A stretch of DNA of 64,000 nt from a virus: positions 66,269 through 130,268 of the IMG/VR virus record IMGVR_UViG_3300010371_000029; one strand, 5' to 3'. Below the pieces are notes generated by a model. The model was given only the letters and a program-made list of their open reading frames with translations, ran no database searches and was not told where the DNA came from. A program made the position numbers and the translations under genes. Position 1 is the first letter of the stretch. Each line of letters starts with the position of its first letter. Shown here piece by piece: positions 29,302 to 38,206 of this stretch.

Positions 29302-29518
29302 TTCTGTCTTCAATTAAATTTTCTCTAATAATATCACAATGTAACACACCCAATTCATCAAAATAATTTACCCAATAAGCCCCACTACAACCACTAGTTT
29401 CATATCCAATTACCGCTTTTCGCCCCATTATAGAAACCTTTTGTCCTGATTTAAATTTTGATGGTGTATTATCACAACCAAAAATAAAACAACATACTAA
29501 TAAGATAAAAATTTTCAT
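29294..29518 (-). CDS. Small lipoprotein
   Basis: Lipobox-like FIFGC, then KFKSGQKV. Confidence 0.6.
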   Translation of the reverse strand: MKIFILLVCCFIFGCDNTPSKFKSGQKVSIMGRKAVIGYETSGCSGAYWVNYFDELGVLHCDIIRENLIEDRND

Positions 29519-29844
29519 CTATTATCTCCGCTTCCTTTTAAGACTCCCCTAGCCTTGCGGCTTTCCAATTTTTCAATATTTATTTGAATTATCTCTTCCA
29601 GTGTATATCCCAATTCAAAAGCTAGCATAGCCAAATACCAAGTTACATCGGACAACTCAGCAGCTATAGCTTTTTTGTAATCATCTGTTAAAATATTATT
29701 ATGGTCACGAATCAATTTCTTAAACTTTTCCATTACCTCGCCGGTTTCCCCACCTAATCCTAGGAGGGGGTAGGTAGCATTTCGTCCAATATTAGGATAA
29801 CGAGCCGTAGTCTTTGCCCACTCTTGATAATCGTTAAATTCCAT
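29515..29844 (-). CDS. MazG-like nucleotide pyrophosphohydrolase
   Basis: LGLGGETGEV.EK.KK, ELSDVTWY, NIEKL.SR..RG...GSGDNR. Confidence 0.9.
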   Translation of the reverse strand: MEFNDYQEWAKTTARYPNIGRNATYPLLGLGGETGEVMEKFKKLIRDHNNILTDDYKKAIAAELSDVTWYLAMLAFELGYTLEEIIQINIEKLESRKARGVLKGSGDNR

Positions 29845-29847
29845 TTA

Positions 29848-30120
29848 TTATGCCCTCATATTTTTTATAAAATAATCACAATCTTCTTCGGTAAAAGGTC
29901 CTTCTCTACGCTCACTTAATAATCTTCTTATTTTGGGTTTTGAATCCTTCTTAATTTTAACCCATCTCAAATAATAATAAAAATCATCTGAATTTTTACA
30001 AACTGCCACGGCCCAATAAATCTGGCTGCGTTTAATACGCATTTCACGACGATAGTTTATAATACAAAATATAAATATAATAAAAGTACAAATAGCTGAA
30101 AGTGTATATATAAATTCCAT
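29848..30120 (-). CDS. Membrane-anchored hypothetical protein
   Basis: N-terminal transmembrane helix. Confidence 0.55.
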   Translation of the reverse strand: MEFIYTLSAICTFIIFIFCIINYRREMRIKRSQIYWAVAVCKNSDDFYYYLRWVKIKKDSKPKIRRLLSERREGPFTEEDCDYFIKNMRA

Positions 30121-30308
30121 ATTAATGAGGAGGTAAATAGGAAAGTCCTGTAAGAATTAAGCCAAATGTACAAAAAAGTAAAGGTATAATAACACGCGCG
30201 GGAAATTCATTTTCATGAAAAACTAATCCAAGCTGGAAAACTAAAATTACGAAGACGATAGCTAAGAAGATGGTAGGAATCATAAGGACAAGTCCTTTCT
30301 AAAATAGA

Positions 30309-33300
30309 CTACCCGCACTTACTAAATCCACATTGGTTGCATCTAAAACACCCCTCACTAAATACTAAAGAATCCGTCTTACACTCGGGACATTCGGTTC
30401 CAACTACTTTAGTGTTGTCTGGAACATAGTTCTTTAACGCGCGGGCTACTGCTTTACTGAATGATTGAAGGTGGCCCTTAGTTTTGAGTAACTGTGCAAC
30501 AATAAATGAAATGTCCGCCCCGTGTCTTAAGCCCGTACTGATTAAGCGTGTAATAGCCTCCTCGTCATTTAGACAGAATTGACTCACATTTTCCAATACA
30601 TAATCGCCCGATATTAGATTATAGTGTCCCCTCTTAACTTTCTCAACCGTTCCTGAGGTAATTCGTTTCGGAATTTTAATATCTTTATCATATACGGCTA
30701 GGACTTCGTAAGGAAGACCATTAAGCTTGCCCACTATAACAGTAAACCAAAATCCTACCACTGATAGGTGGTGTACGTCACACTCTAAGACCTTAGGGCG
30801 CTTGGGGGCATCTACCTTAGAGATAGATTTAGGTTTGGTTTCCTTGTCAATAAGTACGCCGGTTCTAGAGTTTTTACGATAAACAGTTATACCTTTACAA
30901 CCAAGTTTCCATGCAGCTTCATATATTTCCTTAACCTTTTCGACTGTAACATCTTCTGGTAAATTTATTGTGGAGGAGCATGAATGGTCAAGGTGTTTGG
31001 TTGCTGTAGCTTGTAATAGCACTCTATTTTGCCAATCTAAATCTTCTGCACAAGCACTCCACCAAGGAGATTGCTCTATATTATTATTACCAGAAATTTC
31101 CTTCCATAATTTAACAGAAGGATGATAAACATCAAATTCTTCCCATTTATCTCCCGTACTATCTATAAAATCTACTTTACTATTACTTTCATTATGCGTA
31201 ATCTTACGTCGTCTTTTATAAGAGAGCATGAATGCAGGTTCAATTCCAGAAGTCGTACCAAAAACCTCTTTGTCTTGTATTTTTCCTACATTAGCCAAGT
31301 TACTTACCGTTCCAGCCGGGGAAGTAGTGAGAAGTGCTATATTTCGTCGCCCATATTTTTGCATATCTTCATATAATCTATTTCCATCAATATTAAGTCC
31401 ACCAAAATCAAGTTTTTCATATTTTATCCTATTTAGGAATAGATTGTCTTTTTCACTATTCTTATCCCATACAGAAAATGGGCCTAATTCTTCTGCCATA
31501 TCAACAGATGAACGATAAGCACCAAATTTCAAGGTTTTATAAATTTTATCTACAAGTTCAATAGATTCATTTGAACCATATTTCATATTCAAAGCGGCAA
31601 TAGTATCGCCTAACGCAGTTATTCCAGTACCGGTTCTACGCCCGTTTTCACAAACCCACTTAATCTTTTCCCAAAGTCTATATTCATAAAACTTAACTTC
31701 CTCAGGCTCTTCATCTGTTTTAATTTTATTTAAGATACGTTCAATACATTCTGTCTCCAAATCCACAATATTATCCATTGTTCTTTGAGCAATTTGAGCG
31801 TGATTATAAAAAAGTTCAAAATCGAAATATGAATTATCCGTAAAAGGATTTTTAACGTAACTTAAAGTATTAAGAAGAAGTAATCGACAAGCATCTGTTT
31901 CACCCATTGTAATTTCTGAACAATTTGAAATATTTAGACCGTCAGACCAATAAGTATTTGAAATATTATCTACTTCAATTTCAACAGTTTCTTGTACGCC
32001 AACAAAGTTTTTCTCTATAATATCATAACTAATTTTATCTTTTTTACTAGATTTTTTATTGTTGATATAACCTTCTAATTTAATATTTTTATATTTTTGT
32101 ATGTATCCTATTAATTTAAAGAAAACTGGAGCATCTTTAGTTATATTTAAAGTATAAGTTCTTTTACAAAGATAAGTACCATTAGAAAATTTAGATTCAA
32201 AAGGTCCGTTCACTGTAACGTAAGATTTAATACCAATAGAGGATAACATTATTTGAACATCATCTACAATTTTACGAGAAGAAGCACATAAAGTAGCTCT
32301 CCCATCAACTACAGAACCATTAGCGCTATATAAACCGCGTAAAAAACTTCTTAATATATAAGGTTCAGCAAATTTATATCTAGCTGGAATAAATCTATCA
32401 AAAGTTTTAGGTAATTCTTCTGGAGTTATTGTAGTATGAATTTCATAAGCTGTATCTGCTAACCCAGGTCTTTTTTTCTTAATTAACGGTGCGACTAATT
32501 CGTCTGTAAGATAATCATAATCATCAGTACCTATACATAAATAAACTAAATTATTAGAACATTTATGTTTTGAACCGTCCCCTATAACTAATCCATCCAT
32601 AACAGCTTGAGCATCAAAGCCATTATTTTTACATTCATAACCCCTAAGAATATCTATTGTATCTGTCTCAGCTATATATTTTTTTGTTCCATTAGAAACA
32701 ATAGTATGTTGTTCAGTGCCATTAAAACAACCAGAAGAAGTTCTAAAACAAAATATTTCATTATAACCAGTATATTCTTTTCTGATTACTTTCGTCCAAC
32801 CATTTTCCGACCAAATTTCTTGTCCAACTTGGACGGAATCAATAGGAAGCAATCCTTTTTTAGTTAAAACTGTTGCCCATTTTGCTTGGCATGGATTACA
32901 GCTAGCAATCTTAAATCGTTCATAATGTTCAGAAGGTGCTTCTCTTTTAATATTATCCCAGAAAATCAAGCCCGGTTCACCTGTATTATGGGCACATTTT
33001 ACAATTTCGTTCCAAATTTCATTAGCGTCAACTAATTTAGAAATCTTAGGAGTAGAAGAATCTACAGGCCATCTAAGTTCATATTTTTCTTTATTCTCTA
33101 CCGCTTTGAGAAATTCATCTGTTAAACGAATAGAAATATTAGCGCCAGTAACTTTAGTTAAGTCTTGTTTAATTTGTGCAAATGTTAAAACTTCTGGATG
33201 ATGACAACTTATAGTAATCATCGTAGCGCCTCTTCGGTTTGCCTGACCGACTTCTCTAGTAGAATTAGAGAATCGCTCCATGAACGGGCCTATACCTGTA

Positions 33301-33773
33301 GAGGTTTGTGAGGAATTTTGTGTTATTGCTCCTGCCGGTCTAATCTTAGAAATATCTATACCGGTGCCCCCACGTCTCTTAGCGACCGCTGTTAACTGTT
33401 GGTCAGTTAAATGAATTCCTGGGTAACTATCCAAAGGGGATTCTAAAACGTAGCAATTACTCAGTGTCACATATCGTTCATTACCCACCCCATAAAGTAC
33501 AGACCCCTGAGGAATAAGAAATTTAAAATCGTCAAGATAAAAATAAATTTCATCTTCAGTCATAGGGTCTTTGAACTTAGATGATTCAATTCTAGCTAGT
33601 TCTTTAGCTAGTCTCCTGAACATGTCTTTAGGGGTCAACTCTAAATATTCATTGTTATTATTACTTAAAGCATATTTTCCAGTGAAAATTTTAGCCGCAA
33701 GCTCTTCTCCACCAAAATATTCTAACGAAGCTTTATAAACCTCGTCATAACTGTAAATTTTAGACACCCGCAC
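30309..33773 (-). CDS. nrdJ: Class II (B12-dependent) ribonucleotide reductase, intein-containing
   Basis: LSNCY, KRRGGTG, RRGA.M, ANISI, EPG, NP|CSE, PAGT, TSGIEP, KGITVYR; C-terminal TSCPD and zinc ribbon. No NrdB seen in the window. Confidence 0.93.
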   Translation of the reverse strand: MRVSKIYSYDEVYKASLEYFGGEELAAKIFTGKYALSNNNNEYLELTPKDMFRRLAKELARIESSKFKDPMTEDEIYFYLDDFKFLIPQGSVLYGVGNERYVTLSNCYVLESPLDSYPGIHLTDQQLTAVAKRRGGTGIDISKIRPAGAITQNSSQTSTGIGPFMERFSNSTREVGQANRRGATMITISCHHPEVLTFAQIKQDLTKVTGANISIRLTDEFLKAVENKEKYELRWPVDSSTPKISKLVDANEIWNEIVKCAHNTGEPGLIFWDNIKREAPSEHYERFKIASCNPCQAKWATVLTKKGLLPIDSVQVGQEIWSENGWTKVIRKEYTGYNEIFCFRTSSGCFNGTEQHTIVSNGTKKYIAETDTIDILRGYECKNNGFDAQAVMDGLVIGDGSKHKCSNNLVYLCIGTDDYDYLTDELVAPLIKKKRPGLADTAYEIHTTITPEELPKTFDRFIPARYKFAEPYILRSFLRGLYSANGSVVDGRATLCASSRKIVDDVQIMLSSIGIKSYVTVNGPFESKFSNGTYLCKRTYTLNITKDAPVFFKLIGYIQKYKNIKLEGYINNKKSSKKDKISYDIIEKNFVGVQETVEIEVDNISNTYWSDGLNISNCSEITMGETDACRLLLLNTLSYVKNPFTDNSYFDFELFYNHAQIAQRTMDNIVDLETECIERILNKIKTDEEPEEVKFYEYRLWEKIKWVCENGRRTGTGITALGDTIAALNMKYGSNESIELVDKIYKTLKFGAYRSSVDMAEELGPFSVWDKNSEKDNLFLNRIKYEKLDFGGLNIDGNRLYEDMQKYGRRNIALLTTSPAGTVSNLANVGKIQDKEVFGTTSGIEPAFMLSYKRRRKITHNESNSKVDFIDSTGDKWEEFDVYHPSVKLWKEISGNNNIEQSPWWSACAEDLDWQNRVLLQATATKHLDHSCSSTINLPEDVTVEKVKEIYEAAWKLGCKGITVYRKNSRTGVLIDKETKPKSISKVDAPKRPKVLECDVHHLSVVGFWFTVIVGKLNGLPYEVLAVYDKDIKIPKRITSGTVEKVKRGHYNLISGDYVLENVSQFCLNDEEAITRLISTGLRHGADISFIVAQLLKTKGHLQSFSKAVARALKNYVPDNTKVVGTECPECKTDSLVFSEGCFRCNQCGFSKCG
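31923..32891 (-). mobile_element. Intein with LAGLIDADG endonuclease in RNR (323 aa)
   Basis: CQAKWATVLT, TEQH, GLVIGDG, FLRGLYSANG; ends NISN then Cys+1 of NPCSE. Confidence 0.93.
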
Positions 33774-33947
33774 CCCTACTTAGACTTTTGATTATTAGTT
33801 TTAGCCCGCTTCTTCTTCTTTTTAACTACTACCGCCTTGGTCCGTTCATAGAAAGCAGCCAATTCGCCCGCTGTCTCGAACTTTCCATATTTACCGTTAA
33901 CTACAATCTCGAAGCTCACGAGGCTGCGCCTCCTTATTAAATAGTTA

Positions 33948-34418
33948 CTATTCCTTTACCTTCGTGGCATATCCGCCACGAACCATTTCTTCCGAAACAT
34001 TCTTTTTATTAACAAAAACATATCCCAATATTCGCCCAAATGTCATTATATGTGACAAGTCTTGTTTCTTATCGGCGGGAATATATAAAACGCAATCGTT
34101 TCGATTACCTATAATTTTAACCAATGCTTCCTTTGCCTTAACCCCTTCCTCAGTATTAAGTTCGGCCGCCCAACAATCCAAAAGCCGCACATGAATTTTC
34201 TTTGTAATTTCAACTATTACAGTATCCCCGTCGTGAATATCTACAATTTTAGCTTCAGTCGTCCAGCCAACGGGGAGTTGTGGCATTCCATAACTAACTG
34301 CTACACAAATCAAAACAGAGCAAAATATTAATATAATTGGAAAATTAATCGAATATTTTTGAATAAATTTTCTTAACCCATTCATGCTTAACGTCATATT
34401 CTTTAGCCTCCATTTCAA
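33948..34418 (-). CDS. Thermonuclease (SNase-like), membrane-anchored
   Basis: IHDGDTV, VRLL..AAEL, FGRILG, NVSEEMVRGGYA. Confidence 0.88.
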   Translation of the reverse strand: MKWRLKNMTLSMNGLRKFIQKYSINFPIILIFCSVLICVAVSYGMPQLPVGWTTEAKIVDIHDGDTVIVEITKKIHVRLLDCWAAELNTEEGVKAKEALVKIIGNRNDCVLYIPADKKQDLSHIMTFGRILGYVFVNKKNVSEEMVRGGYATKVKE

Positions 34419-34569
34419 ATTTCATTAATCCTTGTAGAGTGTTAATATAGGTGGACATTTCGCCAGGATTCATAGCGTCCATATACTGCATGTGTCGTAA
34501 TAAACCCTTACGTAGATTAACCACAGTTTCACACCAATTGTCCTGCTCAACAGACGAAACTTCATCCAT
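34345..34569 (-). CDS. Hypothetical protein
   Basis: ORF; no motif. Confidence 0.45.
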   Translation of the reverse strand: MDEVSSVEQDNWCETVVNLRKGLLRHMQYMDAMNPGEMSTYINTLQGLMKFEMEAKEYDVKHEWVKKIYSKIFD

Positions 34570-34677
34570 AGAATAATCCAGTTAAAGGAAAATTGACAAG
34601 CCAGAGAGGCGTCAAAATGGGTCAGAAGGACCCGCAAGAGAGGGCTAAAGCCCTAATAAAGTTACAAAACTTCTAAG

Positions 34678-34812
34678 TCACTTGTGACTTTTGAAGTATT
34701 CTATTTCTCTTAATCTCTTTTCAGCGGCGGCTTTGCTGCCGTATGGGCCACCTAACTTTTTAGACCCATCTTCACTGTAAACATAGTAACTACTACCCTC
34801 TTTTTTAATCAT
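34678..34812 (-). CDS. Small basic phage protein (44 aa), missing from the ORF track
   Basis: MIKKEGSSYYVYSEDGSKKLGGPYGSKAAAEKRLREIEYFKSHK. Confidence 0.7.
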   Translation of the reverse strand: MIKKEGSSYYVYSEDGSKKLGGPYGSKAAAEKRLREIEYFKSHK

Positions 34813-34859
34813 GGCGGTTGCCGATGAAAGCTGATTTAGATTATTAGCAACTTCTTTTA

Positions 34860-35474
34860 TTAACTTCTTTTTAATAATATTTCTCTCGCATTTTGAGGTA
34901 TTTCAGTGGTAAGTGGCCCGAATTCCCATTGTTGTCGCCCCTCGGCGACATTCCAATCTTCATATGGAAGTGCCGCGCACTTCCTAATTACTGTGATATT
35001 TGAATCTGCAACATTTGTTTGTATATTACCGATAGTTCTAGCATTTTCACTAAAGAATCTAGCTACGTCCTTAACATGTTCCAATTTACGAGTGTCATGA
35101 AATAATAAATTACCGCCCTCTGCCAAAAGACCCCAAGCTAATTGGGCAAACTGTAACCTATAGAAAGGGTCACCATCGTTAAAAATTAGGTCATAAACAG
35201 GAGGGATGGTTTTAAATACACCTTTATTTTTAAGAAACTGAAAGAAATCGTGGTACTCTATAGTATCGGGAATGCCTAATAAGGCAAAGTTGTTTATAGT
35301 GCGGCGAATCCATTCTTTAGAGGAATCTACTGAAACTACTTTTACGGAAGCGTAGCTTCCGAAGATTTGGGTGGAAGCCCCAACCCCAAATTCAAGTATA
35401 CCCACAGTAGCTTTGCTGGCAAAATCCGCCAAAACGGCAGCGTCCGCTCTCGATAAGTCGCCGATATAAATCAA
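34860..35474 (-). CDS. Class I SAM-dependent methyltransferase
   Basis: ILEFGVGAST, VSVD, YDLIFNDG, LFHD. Confidence 0.8.
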   Translation of the reverse strand: MIYIGDLSRADAAVLADFASKATVGILEFGVGASTQIFGSYASVKVVSVDSSKEWIRRTINNFALLGIPDTIEYHDFFQFLKNKGVFKTIPPVYDLIFNDGDPFYRLQFAQLAWGLLAEGGNLLFHDTRKLEHVKDVARFFSENARTIGNIQTNVADSNITVIRKCAALPYEDWNVAEGRQQWEFGPLTTEIPQNAREILLKRS

Positions 35475-35489
35475 AGATAAAACCTTTCT

Positions 35490-35783
35490 TTATCTTGCTA
35501 ACGTGTACACGCTATTATCTTCTTTTATTTGTCCAGCTTGAACCAATATAAAGGCGGCTTCGCAGTATTCAGAAGGGGTATTGTAATTTATTATATAATA
35601 AGACCCAAAAGGTTTTAAATGTTTCAAAATTTCTCTTTCGGCCCATTTTAATTCCGAAAGTTTATATTCATAAGCTCTCTGGGCAAATTCATGGTTCATC
35701 TCAATAACTAAATCTTTTTTAACACTTCCGCGTCCAATAACAGGAATCAATAATGCTATTATAACTAGAACTATTTTTCGCAT
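35490..35783 (-). CDS. Membrane-anchored hypothetical protein, paralogue of 36304..36615
   Basis: TM helix, AYEYKL..EREIL..ILVQAGQIKE. Confidence 0.6.
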   Translation of the reverse strand: MRKIVLVIIALLIPVIGRGSVKKDLVIEMNHEFAQRAYEYKLSELKWAEREILKHLKPFGSYYIINYNTPSEYCEAAFILVQAGQIKEDNSVYTLAR

Positions 35784-36331
35784 TTTTGTATTAGCCCGAA
35801 ACCCCCGTAATTTGTTGGATTATTACAGACAGTAAGATAAGAAGCTGTATATCGTCTTAGGAACTCATTGATATCATTCATAACCGGCGGATAATTAATG
35901 TCGTGACAAAGAATATAACCTTTATTGGTTAATCTGGTCCAGGCCCCCAATAGGTCTCTATATAAAGAATTGTGGTTACCGTCGATAAAAATAAAATCAT
36001 AAGGTCTATCAGGTATGTCATGTGGGGAGGACCCCACTATTAAGGAAAAATTTTCGTATTTGTCTAAATGATTCGTAGGAATCGGTTGAGGGTCTAATGA
36101 TGTAAGTTGTCCGCCCACAGTTTTAAGAGCATACAGTATTATAGCCGCGCTTCCACCAAACTTAAACCCAATTTCAAGAATATTCTTAGGTTTTAGAGCA
36201 AAAATCAAAGAATAAAGAAAAAGTTGTTCAATATGGGACATTTGACAATGGGGGCCACTACCAATAAGGTTCAATCCAGTCCCAATGGAGGTTTGCATTA
36301 AACTTAATGATTCTTTTTGTTTAACTTCCAA
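35771..36331 (-). CDS. Methyltransf_24-type SAM methyltransferase
   Basis: ILEIGFKFGGS, DFIFIDGNH, GYILCHD. Confidence 0.85.
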   Translation of the reverse strand: MEVKQKESLSLMQTSIGTGLNLIGSGPHCQMSHIEQLFLYSLIFALKPKNILEIGFKFGGSAAIILYALKTVGGQLTSLDPQPIPTNHLDKYENFSLIVGSSPHDIPDRPYDFIFIDGNHNSLYRDLLGAWTRLTNKGYILCHDINYPPVMNDINEFLRRYTASYLTVCNNPTNYGGFGLIQKCEK

Positions 36332-36615
36332 AATTCACCGTTTTCCTTGATATAACCTGTCTTAACTAATATATCTAAAACTTCCTGTTGTCCTTGACAA
36401 TTCCAGTGCCACTTTGGAACTTCATAGTCCTTTAACATTAAAAGCATCATTCTCTCTTCAGATTCTAGAAATTTAATCTTTTCCTCATAAGCTGTTTCCG
36501 CCGCCTTTTGATTGGCCAGCCATAAAGGATTTTGGTCTGTAATAGCTAAGAGTAGAAAAGTAGACAAAAACATAAAAATCCATGCCGTCAAACCTATAAT
36601 GATTAATCTTTTCAT
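36304..36615 (-). CDS. Membrane-anchored hypothetical protein, paralogue of 35490..35783
   Basis: TM helix, AYEEKI..ERMML..ILVKTGYIKE. Confidence 0.6.
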   Translation of the reverse strand: MKRLIIIGLTAWIFMFLSTFLLLAITDQNPLWLANQKAAETAYEEKIKFLESEERMMLLMLKDYEVPKWHWNCQGQQEVLDILVKTGYIKENGEFWKLNKKNH

Positions 36616-36628
36616 AATTTATCTCATT

Positions 36629-36662
36629 AAAAAAGCCCGAACACGCAACGGCGTGCCGGGCT
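36629..36662 (-). terminator. Rho-independent terminator
   Basis: AGCCCGGCACGC-cgtt-GCGTGTTCGGGCT hairpin followed by a T run. Confidence 0.8.
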
Positions 36663-36693
36663 CAAGAGTATACACCAAACAAAGCTTAAAAAG

Positions 36694-36990
36694 CTATCTT
36701 ATTCCGTGTTGTCTATTCCAACTTGGAGCGTGCATATTCAGCGGTTGCCCCGGAACAGGAGGGGTAATAGAACTTGACCCTACCTTTCTTCCATACCGGT
36801 CAAAATACGTGGTTGTATAGGGTTGGACCACCGCGCGACCCATATAAGTTCCCCTATAGTTGTAATTGTAAACCTGGGGTGTAGTGGGATACCGCCCATA
36901 GGGGTATTGCGCCACCGTAACGGAAGAGAGACAAAGGAAGAACACCACCGCACATGTAATTTTTTCTAATTTACTCATGATAATTCTCAA
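36694..36990 (-). CDS. Secreted hypothetical protein
   Basis: Signal peptide (..VTVA|Q); TTYFDRYGRKVGS. Confidence 0.6.
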   Translation of the reverse strand: MRIIMSKLEKITCAVVFFLCLSSVTVAQYPYGRYPTTPQVYNYNYRGTYMGRAVVQPYTTTYFDRYGRKVGSSSITPPVPGQPLNMHAPSWNRQHGIR

Positions 36991-37171
36991 CTTTCTTTAA
37001 TTGTCCATCTTTAATCCAAGCTACGATAACATTAGTTCTTTCTGTGTTTTTTATCCAGTCTGTATATGGTCCTTTATAAGAAAATTCACATAATTCTGGA
37101 CCAACTACGCCAACTTTCCAGAAATAATTTAAGCTTTTCCAAACGTCCCCCTTTCTTAAAATGTGCATCAA
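36971..37171 (-). CDS. Hypothetical protein
   Basis: Small beta-rich ORF. Confidence 0.45.
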   Translation of the reverse strand: MMHILRKGDVWKSLNYFWKVGVVGPELCEFSYKGPYTDWIKNTERTNVIVAWIKDGQLKKVENYHE

Positions 37172-37385
37172 CTAATTCCAATTCAGATTCATCAACCCAA
37201 ATATTTAAATCTTTATTTTTAAAATAATATCTATAACCTAACCCAGAAAAGGTAGAATACACACTATTCAATTTTCCTTCGTGATTTTGATAAAATCCAC
37301 TATTAATCCTAACCGTATCATTATAATGGAATTTTGGTTGAGAACATCCGGCAATTAAAATTAATGTAGCTAATAAATATTTCAT
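37086..37385 (-). CDS. Small lipoprotein
   Basis: Lipobox LIAGC; KF..NDTV...GFY....G (KOW/SH3-like). Confidence 0.6.
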   Translation of the reverse strand: MKYLLATLILIAGCSQPKFHYNDTVRINSGFYQNHEGKLNSVYSTFSGLGYRYYFKNKDLNIWVDESELELVDAHFKKGGRLEKLKLFLESWRSWSRIM

Positions 37386-37675
37386 TCTCTTTTCCTAGGG
37401 TCTTCAAAGACTATACAGTAATGTTTTCTGTCTAAATCATACCAAAACACATAAACATAGGTTTTCAATTTCTCTCTACAAGTCCCTACACCGACCAAAA
37501 ACCGCCCATACTGAATTTGCCAACCATACTGATATCGTCCACCATGTTCTTCCACGATATATAAATGAAAATTGATGGGTTCTAGTTTATAAACAGTTTC
37601 AAATTGATATATACCATGAGGAACAGTATAGTTTCTCTCACTAAAACTAATCAATAATAACAGTAAAAAACTCAA
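37382..37675 (-). CDS. Hypothetical protein
   Basis: Operonic ORF with a hydrophobic N-terminus. Confidence 0.5.
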   Translation of the reverse strand: MSFLLLLLISFSERNYTVPHGIYQFETVYKLEPINFHLYIVEEHGGRYQYGWQIQYGRFLVGVGTCREKLKTYVYVFWYDLDRKHYCIVFEDPRKRE

Positions 37676-37890
37676 CGATTTTTCTCTTCAAATTCCCGTT
37701 CGGCCTCGCGCCAAAACGTTTCGGCCCACCCAAAAGGGCTACCTGCCCGCTCCCATTTGTAATAAGCTTCCAAACGGATTATATTGTCGCGCTCTTCCTT
37801 AGTAATTATCTTAATCTTATGTTTAACTTTTTTTCTAACTATTTCTCCAATACCACTAGCCATATTCTCTTCTCCTGTTTGTCGGCTCAA
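37672..37890 (-). CDS. DUF2934-domain protein
   Basis: IRLEAYYKWERAGSPFG.AETFWREAERE. Confidence 0.8.
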   Translation of the reverse strand: MSRQTGEENMASGIGEIVRKKVKHKIKIITKEERDNIIRLEAYYKWERAGSPFGWAETFWREAEREFEEKNR

Positions 37891-37910
37891 CTTAAAACTT
37901 CGTATCCTAG

Positions 37911-37980
37911 TGGCCAGGGTAGGATTTGAACCTACGACACGGTGCGCGACACCTGCTCTACCGGACTGAGCTACCTGGGC
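37911..37980 (-). tRNA. tRNA-like RNA with truncated anticodon arm (no assignable anticodon)
   Basis: GCCCAGG-TA-GCTC AGTCCGGTA GAGC-A-GGTGTCGCGCACC-GTGTC-GTAGG TTCAAAT CCTAC-CCTGGCC-A. D and T arms are canonical; the anticodon arm is 13 nt instead of 17. Confidence 0.8.
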
Positions 37981-38175
37981 CTAATTTTGTTGTTGAATTG
38001 TTAAACCAACTATTCCCATAGCATCAACTATACTTTCACGATACCATTTTGATACAAGTCTACCAGTATTATCAAATGCCTCAACCTCAAATGAACCATT
38101 TTCGGTTTTACTTGGAGTTACAAGAAAGTTTCTAATTCTAGAAGCTGTGCTATGCACAGCTATACTTATGTTCAC
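37981..38175 (-). CDS. Hypothetical protein
   Basis: Its stop codon abuts the 5' end of the tRNA-like gene. Confidence 0.55.
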   Translation of the reverse strand: MNISIAVHSTASRIRNFLVTPSKTENGSFEVEAFDNTGRLVSKWYRESIVDAMGIVGLTIQQQN

Positions 38176-38206
38176 TATCCTGTCTCCATCCTATCCACTC
38201 CACATT

